From Trichoplax sp. H2 (taxonomy: Eukaryota): a stretch of 64,000 nucleotides of DNA. Below are positions 1 through 12,355 of this stretch, piece by piece. The notes below the pieces were generated by a model, which saw only the letters and a list, made by a program, of their open reading frames with translations, did not search any database and was not told the DNA's origin. The translations under genes and the position numbers were made by a program. The stretch is from assembly GCA_003344405.1 (NCBI GenBank), contig NOWV01000010.1, positions 124,001 to 188,000 of the forward strand, written 5' to 3'. The first letter of the stretch is position 1. Every line of letters starts with the position of its first letter.

Positions 1-381
1 CGCTTCCCTCTGGAAATCATCATGAATTCTAGCTACATTATCATCACTAAAAGTTTTATCCACAGCTACTTCCTTTGTAGCATGCAATAGATCCTGAGCT
101 AAGCAGTAACTTAGAGTTACATCAATCCTTTCCAACCAATTAACACCATCGAAAATATCGGAGAGTCTCCGACGCAAGCCTTCCTACGTTTCCGTAAATA
201 AAATAGCAATCGAAAAATTATACGAACAGTACAAGTACAGCATAACTTTCGTAGATTATACATGATATACTCCATGTATATGATCCACTTTCACATCATT
301 ACACAGATGTTCCACTACCAAAAGTTAGAAATTACTGACCGTATCGTTATGCTGTGTTCGATGTTCCGCAGCAACATCCAT
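1..381 (-). CDS. EBNA1BP2: rRNA-processing protein EBP2 (EBNA1-binding protein 2), 5' part; gene runs off the window start
   Basis: Exon 1 381-340 (MDVAAEHRTQHNDT, GT donor) joins in phase 0 to exon 2 183-1 (EGLRRRLSDIFDGVNWLERIDVT...IHDDFQREA). This matches the EBP2 motifs ND..GL...W.ER.DVT and DDFQRE. Not in the ORF track. Confidence 0.85.
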
Positions 382-519
382 TTTAAGACTGTTACGTGGC
401 TAACGCTCTAGATTGGTCTTGTACAAACTACATATATATATGTACTGTATACAGTATATATATCTATATACATGAACTATCACCGGCGAACAGCAAGCAC
501 TGACTAAGCCCAGTATAAT

Positions 520-915
520 CCAGTAAAGAACTGTACTATAGTTTTACTTTTATCAAAAAATATAAATTTTGTACTTGTACTTGTACTGTACAGTACAGTT
601 CTGTAGTGTACAGTACTGTATTTTATTTTGAAATTTTACACATGGTTTTACTGTACAGTACTGTACTGTACCAGGACTGTACTGTACTGTACAGTACTAC
701 TGTATGGACTTGTAAAGACTACCGTGGTATTTACTGTAGAAGTCCCTGACTGTACACTGTACAGTACACTACAGTACAGTAAAACCATGTGTAAAATTAC
801 GACTGTACCTACGAGCCTGACACGCAAACCGTCGCTTTACTGAATAATTAGTTGTACAGTACGCTACTGTACACTATAGTTCAGCACCATGGCATGGGCT
901 ACGGTACTGTGCTGT
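520..915. repeat. Mixed CAGTA/CTGTA pentamer island in the EBP2-WDR36 divergent promoter region
   Basis: Dense TACAGTA/TACTGTA units in both orientations, lying between the ATG at 381 (-) and the ATG at 1168 (+). Confidence 0.9.
632..798. repeat. Fold-back structure with perfect 25-bp inverted arms (632-656 / 774-798)
   Basis: AATTTTACACATGGTTTTACTGTAC at 632 is the exact reverse complement of GTACAGTAAAACCATGTGTAAAATT at 774. Inner GGACTT...AAGTCC arms continue the symmetry imperfectly. Confidence 0.85.
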
Positions 916-1167
916 TTACTTTGCTTTACCAACACCGGTACACTGAGTGTAACAGGGGTAACTTCCAAAATACTGTAGGGCCTATGGACATGGACCTCAA
1001 GATCTCGAGGCCCTTGCACTGTAAGGAAAAAGAGTGATACGCAAAGTACTCAAGCTCCTTTTCTGCACAGGAGGCTGCTGCAGGATGCTGCTGCATATTA
1101 TTAGCTAACAGCATTCAATTCTGATAGTTAGTTGTATCTATTTGCCGCGTCTGTTGGATATGTTGTT

Positions 1168-4100
1168 ATGGCTCTATCCAATACTTGCAGCAATCTTTAT
1201 TCATATTATCGAGCTATAGGATGTATCTGTAACCATGTACCCTATACGATTCAAATTAAAGGTGGTGAACATTTTGTCATTACCTCGATTGGGAAAACGT
1301 TTCACGTATATAATGTGAGATTTTAGTTTTACGACGTACAGCTATATTCTTTAATGAGCTTTACTTTTTATGTATCAACCCATTACACTGCTATATTGTA
1401 CAATTCTTCAAAATAATACCTTTTATTTCGTTACTATTTTGAACTAATTGCAACTGCGAAGTCTTCAAAACTGAAGCTATTATTTGAAGGTACGGTAGAC
1501 TAGCCTTAATGAGATACTGTACAGCGCTGTAATAAAGGAGCGGAAGGAATTTTACTGATATCTTTTTTATATAAATAACTACAGAACCGATCATATCCTC
1601 CATCTCGTCGAATGACAACTTTTAATACTTGTATTTCATTTCAGGACCGCAGCTTCCTAGCGATATCGAATGTCTTACAGTTAACCCTGACCTAATTTTT
1701 GTTGCCTGCTCTAAAGAGATCTTCTCTTTTCATCGCACAGAAAAAGTAATTGCATGCTGACCTTTTTTGCTAGCTCCTTATTCGCATAATTCTCTACTTG
1801 TGCGAGCCGTTCAGATTTTATCGAATGTATCTCTATTCTATGCTCATCAATTAATGATTGTTCTTACTATTTCGCCAGCGCAATTCCTTTATTGGCCACT
1901 TAGGAAGGATTCATTCCCTTGTTACATTCGGAGAATTTCTATTATCAATTGATGAGAGGAGCAACGTTAAAATTTGGTTTATCGAAACTGCAGGTTAATT
2001 TTATACCACTCTGAAACAGATTTTGCTATGTATTGTCATTAGGAAGTAGGAACTGTCAAGTGCTTTACTCACGATTAATGAATGTTTGCCTTATACTTAG
2101 AGCTTTACACAGAGTTTCAGTTTAATAATCAAGAATTTCGTGTCACTTGTGCTATGCACCCAAATACCTACTTAAACAAAGTTTTGCTAGGCTGCCAACA
2201 AGGCATGCTGCAATTATGGAACATAAAAACTCAGTAAGAGTGCTCTTATTAACATTGAACGTGTAAAATTATAATTTATAAGTCTAAAATGACGACTGAC
2301 TGTGAATACATAGATCGATTAATTACTTTTTTCGTACTGATAACTGTAACCCCTTTCGTTGTTTTAATCATACACACATATATCAGCAAGCTTGTGTATA
2401 CTTTTCGTGGCTGGTCATCATCTGTGTTAACCACTGTACAGGTAAATTTGTATTAGTTGCAAAATTATATAAAATTTTATGAGGCATAATCGGTGTTATT
2501 CGGCGCTAAAAGTTCAATGTACTTATGTGCGTATAATTAAAATGCCCAATAGGCTCCAGCTATAGATACTGTAGCTATCGGTCTTGCAAACGGTTCCTGC
2601 ATCCTTCACAATCTAAAATTAGACAAAACTTTAATGAAATTTAAGCAAGATTCGGGCCCAATCACTTCCATATCATTTAGAACAGGTAAATTCACACTGA
2701 GGATATACGTATTACACTTCAAGCTCTTTCATTCGCTGCACTTTTTTTACAAAACATGCCGTCTTAAAAGTGCTAAATGACTTCCGATTTATCTTAAATG
2801 TAATCTCTTAACCAATCAAGATGGAGTTCCAATTATGGCCACCTCCAGTCCATCTGGATACGTATCGTTTTGGAATCTAAATGAACGAACGCTTTCATCT
2901 ACCTTACGAAATGCTCATGGAGGACTTTGTAAGGTAGATTTCGTAGCAGCTCAGCCTTTACTTATTTCCGGTGGTTCTGATAACACACTCAAAGTATGCG
3001 ATAGAATTAAAGAAGTTTACACTCATAGGACAAAATTTCTTCGTTTATACAGTAGCTGAGATAACTAAATTCACTTCTAGGTATGGGTCTTTGACAAATC
3101 CGATGAAAGCGCTAGGATGTTAATATGTCGTTCGGGACATTGTAGACCACCTAATAGAGCGCGATTTTACGGCAATTCCAGTCAATTAATTATAAGCTCA
3201 GGTATTTTATAAAGTTAAAGTTTTTACTATGTTATCGGCTTTTGATATCTAACCAATCCATAGATGCAACTGGTTCTCTAAGAATTTCTTCCGTTGTTAA
3301 TGATGCCTACGCTCACGAATTATCGAAAGGTTCGCCATTGCATCTGATTTTAGTGTTAACAAAGTAATCTTTCATTATTTTAATAACTGAAGCAACGAAA
3401 TAATATTTAATTGTTTTGTATTAACTACATAACGTTCTATTGAAATAATTTCAAAAGGATACGGCAATGAAAAAAGGATTGAAGTTAGAAATGCCAACAT
3501 AACACAAATAACGGCCTTCGCGTCTGGTAATCATAATTTACTTAATATCTTAAAATATTAGTACAAGAGTACATTACTACAGGATATTTACTCACAGTCT
3601 ACTCTAACCAGATTCTGCTAGAGAAAAAGAGTGGGATAGTATCGTATCATGTCACCTCGGTAGAGCTGCAGCTCTTATGTGGAGCTTTCGTAACAAAAGT
3701 ATTGGCAAGCACAGGTTACGACCACCATCGGATCAACTGGAAAACAATGGTCTAACAACTGCTACCGCTGTAACCATCACGAGTTGTGGAAATTTCGCTA
3801 TTGTAGGACTATCTACTGGCTATGTAAATAAATTTAATATACAATCGGGCCAATACAGAGGCTCTTACGGAAATCCGAAAGGTATAGATAATTACTTACG
3901 TAATAGTAATACGAATATGCCAGCACTCTAGAAACCTACACCATTCTTAGATTAAGCTAATGGTAATCTTCATTTTAAAGCTCATGCAGATTCCGTGCAA
4001 TGCATTCTTAATGATGCCTGTAATCGTCATTTAATAACTGGTGGCTCTGATAAAATACTACAGGTTCACTTAGATTCTTTTATTAAAGCTTTTTACATAG

Positions 4101-6367
4101 TACTAAAGTGCACCATTGTTATTTATAACACGCTGTTGATAAATAACTATATAGAATATTCCTAACAAACACAATAATTAATTCTCTATTCTTGACTGTA
4201 CGAGTATAGTGTTGGAATTTACACAGCCGTACCCAAGTTAGTTTAGTCACATTTAACGCCCCTGTAAGTCTTGGAACGATACACAAAGAGAGGTAGTATT
4301 TCAGAATCTGAAAAGCACTTGTCATTCTGTACGTATCTACACTATGGTAACGGTCATTCATTAACAGGAGCTATTTATATTTACAATTAGCTGCCTTGTC
4401 GCAATCGCATGTGAAGATTTTACCTGCTACGTTGTTGATATCGACATGATGAGAATCATCAGATCCTTTTCTGGACATGAAAACTGCATAACAGATTTGG
4501 TAGCTATGCCATTGAACCACAAGTTATCATAATACAGTATATAAAACTTAATTTTTCGTTTATTCTTTAACCCTTATCAAGGCGCTAAGTTTTGACTCTC
4601 GATGGTTAACGACATCTTCAGTAGACGGATCAATTAGAACATGGGATATACCATCGGCAAGGTACCACTCATCTTCAAGCGCAATTGTTGTACATTAACA
4701 AAGAATTTTTGATACCTTATGAGGAAATTCAAATTATTCCCTTTTATCAACCTCACCTGGTTTTATACTATAGGCTAATCGACACATTTCAGCTAGAATC
4801 ACCAGTGACAAGTCTCTGTTTTTCTTCTACTGGAGAATATTTGGTTATAACACTTGCAGACAGTGTCGGATTGCATCTTTGGTAGGTTCTACACACTAAA
4901 ATCTTGATAAATTTATGATGCACACGTATTAAATTTTTTATGTATTTATATTGCAATTGGCGTAGGTCAAGTAAAATTATTTATTCTTCAGTACCGTTTC
5001 TCTCGATATCGCCGACATCTATGGAGCTGAAAGGTAAAGCTAGCTTAATCAGCTAAAACTTATTGGCGCAATGTATCTAACTTCACCTTTCAATCCTACT
5101 GGATACAGTATCTGCTGTAAAAGAATTTGTAGTAATCGAGATAGATGACCTTTAGCGGCATTAGTAAAACATCCATTCTGATTCCGTTAATGGTCTATTT
5201 TCCAATTAAAAATAATAAATGTAAACATTATCGATAGAAATAAACCCAAGAAAACTTGAATATTTTGGAGATCATGCTTCACTTCAAAGCTTGCAATCTT
5301 ATATTTCAGAAAAAACTGTGATCATCGACAATACTGACCATCAGATTAAGCATGTCGGCGCTAGACATAATAATGAGCCTAGTAACCTCATCACGTTATC
5401 CCAATTGCCTCATACACATTGGAGAAACATAACAAACCTGGAAGTCATTCGTGTAAGGATCTAATTTGCAAAATGTGCCATTTCACCTCTTTACATATAT
5501 TTCATCCAATATCAAACTTGTAGCAACGTAATAAGCCGAAGGAACAGGATGTAACAGTGAAGCCAGTGCCTTTTTTTCTACGTCACAGTAAAAGCCCCAA
5601 GACAGATCCTACCAAGTCAGAATCTGAGGTATCAGTAATATTTTCAAGATGGTAATCATTTCTGAATAAATGTATAGAAAAGAAAGAAGCATTGCTTATT
5701 GTTATGGCCAATAATTAACATATGCCATGATTATCACCTAGAAAACGAATCTGCGTGGAGTAATTAATGCTGTTGTAACGTCACGCTCCAGTTTGCAAGA
5801 GACTTTAACTCTATATCCGAAGATTCGAAAGAGTATGTGACAACTTAATAAACACACTACTTATGTAAAGAGTATAGTTACATATTTAACGAAGCATCTC
5901 CACCCTTCAATTATAAACATTGAGATTAGGTTCTGATGGTATTAGCATCATGAAATCTCTGGGACCATCAGCTATAGACTTTGAAATCCGCATGTTAGGA
6001 CCGGATACTGGAGGAAGCCATGACTTACTCGGAAGCTTTATGTTACTTTGTGAAGACCTACTTAAAACTGGAAATGATTACGAAATCGTGCAGTCATATT
6101 TGTCGCTATTCTTACAGGTAGACGGAGGATTCAGAAATCTTGCATGATTCCTGTAATTAGAGAAGAAGATATAATAACTTTTTGATTGATTTATGGCTTA
6201 CTATCCGATAATTGTAGGTTCATATGAAGACAATTACCGACAATCAGATTTTACGCAATCAAGCAAAGTGTCTTCTTGAGGCAATTAATCAAACTTGGCC
6301 CACGACAGCGAAACTACTGGATGAAAATTTATGCCTTGTTTCTTACTGTAAAAATCTCGTACTATAG
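1168..6367 (+). CDS. WDR36: WD repeat protein 36 / U3 snoRNA-associated protein Utp21 (multi-exon)
   Basis: N-terminus LYSYYRAIGCICNHVP...TSIGKTFHVYN; HPNTYLNKV; WD repeats (CGNFAIVGLSTGYVNKFNIQSG); Utp21 C-terminal KSLGPSAIDFEIR and DYEIVQSYLSLFL; ends VSYCKNLVL* (TAG 6365-6367). Confidence 0.95.
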
Positions 6368-7314
6368 GCTACATTATCATGTATCGAAGAATACGAATGC
6401 ATGGTAGAGTAAATACAGCGAATAAAACGATACTATGAAATCATACCAATGCTGAATCTGCAAATTCCTATCAGCCAATACAGTATTTGCCAAATATTAT
6501 GAACCAATAGTTTACAAGTGTTTTAAATTTTACATCAGCAGTAATGTGGCTAAATTTATTAAAATTCTGACAAAGGCGCTCATATTGGAATATCAGTACT
6601 GCACAATATTGTAGCATTCATTAACAGTGACAGTAGGCTTTCGTATTCTCTCAGCAGAATAGTAGTAGTATCCCAGTTGTGGACTAACAAACGCGATTAT
6701 GTACTTCAAAATAATATTATCTCTAAAGACTTTTAACACAATTGAAGGTCATATCTTACTATATACTTACTCTGTCAAAATTTACATCAGTTATATTAAT
6801 TATTAAGAACTACAGAAGCGGAGCACCGAAATATGACATGGTTGTAAAATGATTTGAAAATTTATTCAAACATACGTATGTCTATTACATCGAGATGAAG
6901 CCTGATGTTTCAATTTAAAGAGTTTGGTTCTAAGGTATTAAAATGAAAATAATTATGAATTATAGTGAAACTTGGATTAATTAAAATATATTGCATCATT
7001 AACTAGTAATGATGCCCTTCGTTTCTTGAGCATCTTACAATAAGAATTGTTTGGTTTAATCGATCAGCACTAGGCATATCTAGTAAAAATAGCTACACTT
7101 TTATTGCACGGGTACGTATGAGCATCCGACTATAAAGCCTTTGCACTTACCACGAGCGTTAATTATTATCCTCAAAAAGAGTAATTTCTACAACTAGTAT
7201 ATTGTGTAATCCTGACTTATAACAACTTAAACTATAAATTTACCAACATTATCTTGACAAAAATTCTAAACTACAGCTTTATTATATGGTTATCGATATA
7301 CGGCGCCTTTACAA

Positions 7315-9303
7315 TTATGTCAACTTCAAAATAACAGTAAACTTCTCCCACTTTCCGTGTTCGTCTTTTCTCAGGCTGCCAATAACCTTATCGTTGCTTT
7401 ATAGGGATGAGAAAATAAGCATGTAGGTTTAGAGATAGCACTTAGTCACTAATAGTAATTACAAGTACTGTTTAATTAAATAAATCATTCTTGCATAATG
7501 TAAAGTGTTACTAGCTTTTATATAACAGTAGGTAGTATTCTAATTCATTAAATCAAATATATATTTCCTCCGTGAAATTTTCAAATATTACTAGCTGAAA
7601 TCCTAACCAGTCATCATGATTGATTACTGATATTAACCTTAAAACGAGGCTATCATGTAGAACATGCAGCTGATTTATAGGCTTAAATATCCTTAGCGCG
7701 ACACGTTTCTTTAAATCCTGAACGGTGTCAGTGTCTCTTACAGTGATTCTAAAATATAACAGAATCATGTTTACGTGTAAAGCCTTACAATCTCAAAAAC
7801 TCGTTAGCGAATATGCTACAAAATACAGCATACTGCATTTACACTCCGTACTACGACAAATCCCTAGGTTATTATTACAAATATCTTACTTTATTTCAGG
7901 AATGAGAGTCTCTGTTGAATCGACATTCACAGACTTTATATCTTCAATATCTTCATTATCACTGTCATTGAATTCAGCTTCACCTTTATAATATTATTAC
8001 AGCAATAAGACTGATTTACTACTCTTCAGTAAATAATTTATCTAGTGATAGTTTCTGCACAGATAGTGTAATACGCTGAGGTAGATAATACGAATGATTC
8101 ATTTTTCTAATTATCTGATGCTTGACCACCATAATAATGTATGAATATGACTGGCTGTCATATTACTACAGCATGAGCCAAATAATATAGTATACGAATA
8201 CTGTCCTGAAAACGGTCATTCACTACAAATTAATTATAGATTATTAACCAATTTATTTGATCGCACTAAAAGAGGGCTTCATGTTACTATCCGAAAAGTA
8301 GTTGACAACCCCCTTAATGCGTAACAATACAAAGCTACAACCGGCAATATAAGTAGACCATAAACGCGAAAGTAATAATAAAATCTCGGATTGTAATGCT
8401 CTTGTATCCATCGCATTTTCTTATGGTATCAATGTTGGCTTCGTAATAACTGATTGAAACTAGCAATTAAAAGCTGAAATTGTTAGCGTACCTTCTTGTT
8501 CCGCAAACTGTAACTGATAGTATAGGCAATTTGGATCACGGAACGACTTTGGCCAATTGTATCCCTTCCCTTGCGGCTTATAAGGTTGCTTTCTTATTCC
8601 AGAATCTTTTGCATTGAAACCAATTCCATATACATAATGTAATTGTTTATTTCCGTCTGTAGTAGGTCCTTTAGTGACGTAATGCAGTTTAAAGTTATGT
8701 TGCGCAGGCAAAGCTTTTCCTATAGAAGTATTAACATCCATTAATACCAGCGAAATTTTACGACGTGAAATAAAATAAACTGATTGACTTCATAACTATT
8801 AACCTCTTTCATAGCCTTCTAAATTTGCGTGATAGAAATACCCTGTTTTAACTTTACCATGATCGTCGGCTGAAGAAATAGCCGCATTTTCTTTCGATCT
8901 ATATCTTACAGTACCATGAGTCAAATCGACTATAGGATGAGAATCCAGTGCTGGCTGTTGTAGTAGAAAAGAATACAGTAGTCATCAGATAAAAAATACG
9001 AGTGTTCTATCAAGTTGAGTCATCATAATGTTAAAAACTATAGAAAAATTATAAAATCTGATAGCGGTAATAAATCAATACAATGATCTCATGGTATAGA
9101 TTTCTATTACATGTACGTATAGTCTCAAATCACGCTGTATATAAATATCGCCTGTTATTACGCTATGTATAAACAAGAATAGAATAATCCTAACGTTGTA
9201 AACATTATACCTTCTCATCCCCGATTTTTTGAGCTGTCTTTCTCGCTAGTTCCTCTCGAGGGCTAATCATTAAATTAGCCTGCGTGGAAGCCCCTGTACC
9301 CAT
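7315..9303 (-). CDS. Uncharacterised protein (~250 aa) with N-terminal MGxxxS motif and C-terminal ubiquitin-like domain
   Basis: Six phase-consistent GT-AG exons: 9303-9211, 8954-8804, ~8719-8491, ~7984-7890, ~7748-7638, ~7396-7315. Starts MGTGAS. C-terminus EIKITVRDTDTVQDLKKRVALRIFKPINQLHVLHDSLVLSNDKVIGSL...FTVILKLT* follows the beta-grasp/UBL pattern. Confidence 0.75.
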
Positions 9304-10771
9304 CTGTCATAATTAATATAATTAATTAAAACCAGTCAAAAAGTCCATGAATCTTAAAAGGTATGATCATTTATTTTACGGGAAGGATACCAGAAAAATG
9401 GAATTAGCACCTGTAGGTTTCAAGTAACATACGAACAGTAATGCGGTAATGTCGTTTGCTTCACGGAATTACTATCAACTCTAAGCATAAATATGCAATC
9501 TATAAATTTGAGCATGTTGCACTGCTTGCAATTTTAATGATATTGCACAGCTGCAACATTTGTAATAGTTCTAAAATTATCCAGATAGAATAGTCTATTA
9601 CCTCTTTAATAATGTTAGCATACCTAGCAACTGTATTACATAAGTGTATTAGGAGAAAAAGCGTGAAGTTACTTATAATGTAAGTGTAAATGGATACGTA
9701 TTGAGGAAGTAACTACAGTAAAATGTGTGACACTGCTAACCAGACATGGATAATCTAATGAAAAGAACACAGCTGAGATTCAAACCTTGATGGATTGTGA
9801 TCATACGACAACTATATATAACTTAAATCTAAGATTTGCAATAAAGTAACATATCAATTAATTATTTGCAGTAGCTGAGAATCAAGCCTCGATTTCCTAT
9901 TGTAACTTAATTTATTGCATTTGAAGGAATTCGATTTTTTTTCTAAAACAATCGTTAATAACTTGGCACGATGAAATTGTAAACTTCAGCTTTGTGCTAC
10001 CAACTGTTATACGCGTCTACTCGTATACTGTACTGTAATAAGAATTAAGATTAAACTTACAGTTAAGAATATTAACCTTAATAGTTGACCGTTTCTAGAT
10101 AATTTTTTTGCTTACGTTCCTAATGTGCATAACGCCTTGATACGCGTATAGTACACTGTTTTACTACGTGTATCAAATAAATTATATATTGTCTTCTTTC
10201 AAAATCAATAACAATTATTATTGCATACGATAATGGTCAATGAAGCACAATATTTCGCCTTAACTGCTAGCTAATCGTACGTTATGATAATTATAATTGA
10301 AATAAATAAATAAAATGAATGACCATTACTCTTATATTAAGTATAACAAATAAATACATAATCATATATAATATAATTCATTAAGTAGCACATCACATAC
10401 TGTGCTACAAATCATGTGTACGTATAATTATGAGTATGATCAAAAAAGATTTTCGCCCTACCTTGTTATATCAGATGAGTATAGAAATATCATTTAATGA
10501 TATGATTGACTACTGAGTCCAATAAGTCCTAATGATATAACCACATAAGAGTGAAAACCCAGATGAACCCTGCTAATTAACTGTACTTGTATAATGGCAG
10601 CAATTTATGTGTTGTGCTTACGCATTCATGCTTTCCTCTATCAGCTGTAATTTATTTGAAAAATACTATACAAGTATACATACACTTGCAGTATACGTTA
10701 ACCTTAAATTAGATCGCTTCGAAACCAAACACTGAACATCGAATTGGAAGACATTCCCTAGATACACCAAA

Positions 10772-10779
10772 TGACGTCA
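10772..10779. promoter_or_regulatory. Perfect palindromic CRE/ATF site TGACGTCA
   Basis: Exact match at the left edge of the pentamer island, upstream of the minus-strand UBL gene. Function untested. Confidence 0.35.
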
Positions 10780-10794
10780 CAATTGCGACTTGCA

Positions 10795-12355
10795 AGTACT
10801 GTACTGTAGAGTTGCAAGTTCATAGTACAGTACAGTACTGTACAGTATAGTACTGTACTGTATAATCGAATCCGCTATGCGAAGGTAACAACGTAACAAC
10901 CATACTGTACACTGTACAGTACAGTGTACTGTACAGTACTGTACAGTACTTTACAGTATAACAAATGTAATAGCACAATCCAGGGTATCTACAGTATGTT
11001 AACTTCACGGACACATTCACTAAACTTTACCCCCCCCCCCCAACTGTCTATGCAAGAATTGTTCAATCAACTCATTCTCTTTCATTAGGTATAAAATTTA
11101 TTTGTAAAAAACAAAAATTTTTTTTATACAGTACAGTACATTTGCAAGTACTGTACAAAAAAATGGAAAAATTCACCGTCCACAGCGTACACTGTACAGT
11201 ACAATACTGAGTATGGAAAATACTACCATGTACTGTACTGTACTGCCTTATTAAACAGTTAACTTCACAGAATCACGTACAGTACTGTACTGTACACTGT
11301 ACTGTACTGTACAGTACATAGTACGCGAAGTATCGTAGAATGTTCTGTATAGTACAGTACACTGTACTGCACAGTACAAACTGCGTGTTCTTTCGTCAGC
11401 CGATTCCGACAAACGGTGTAACTACTGTACAGTATGTTAAGCAAGAGTACGAGTACTGTAAGTGTACGCTTGTACACTGTACAGTACAGTACAGTACAGT
11501 AAACGGACAGTCAGGTAGAGATAACTTTCCGCTACTTTATACTGTACAGTACAGATTCTTTACAGGAGAAAGACGTACAGTAGAGTACAGTACAGTAGAG
11601 TACAGTACAGTAGAGTACAGTACAGTACTGTACTGTACAGTACTGTATTAGACAGTACAGTATACTGTAAGACTGTACTGTACTGTACCGTACTGTATAC
11701 TGTAAGGACATACTGTACACACCGTAATGCAAACTACTGTATACTGTACTGTACAATGTTAAAAATGATTCAAAACTGGACAGGTATCATATTACCTTTA
11801 AAGGTACAGTATCGGAGAAGACGTGTAATAGAGGATTGGAAGACCGTTAAGCTCGGTTTATGTTATTAGTTGAAACTCGTTTTCTAGATCAAGATTTCCG
11901 TTAACGAGCAAGCCCCAACTGCCATTGGATACGGCAAATGCAGGATTCCTTTTTTACCACTTCATTATTGGCATACTAGCTAGCTAAAGAGTACGCTTTA
12001 CTTAAATTGTATCTGTATATCGTGCATCGAAGAGTCTAGCTAAAGGTAGGGTACGAAAATGTAATCTAACGACCTATTACAGCTTATTGTTTACTATCTA
12101 GTTGAAATTAATTTGCACTGAAATACTGTAAATTGGGACCTTTTGCAGTATTTGGAAATTATATTATGTTATGAATCAACTTATGATTGGAAAAAATCAA
12201 GCATTGACTGATGCCCTGACACCAACTCTTTGCACCGTTCTAAAGCCATGTTTATATAGTATATACTATACTGTGTACAGTACTGTATGCAGTACTGTAC
12301 AGTATATATTATATATAGTATATACTGTACAGTATAGTATATAAGCGTATACAGT
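10795..12355. repeat. Large mixed CAGTA/CTGTA pentamer island between the divergent UBL gene and KDM4
   Basis: Very dense units at 10795-11760 and a second cluster at 12255-12355. Includes a 15-bp higher-order unit (TAGAGTACAGTACAG)x3 at 11581-11625 and a poly-C run at ~11030-11041. Confidence 0.9.

Noticed and set aside
10795-11760. CRISPR-like or telomeric array interpretation of the repeats
   Set aside because: No constant 23-50-bp repeat with unique spacers and no cas genes; the context is eukaryotic; units occur in mixed orientation, unlike telomeric repeats.
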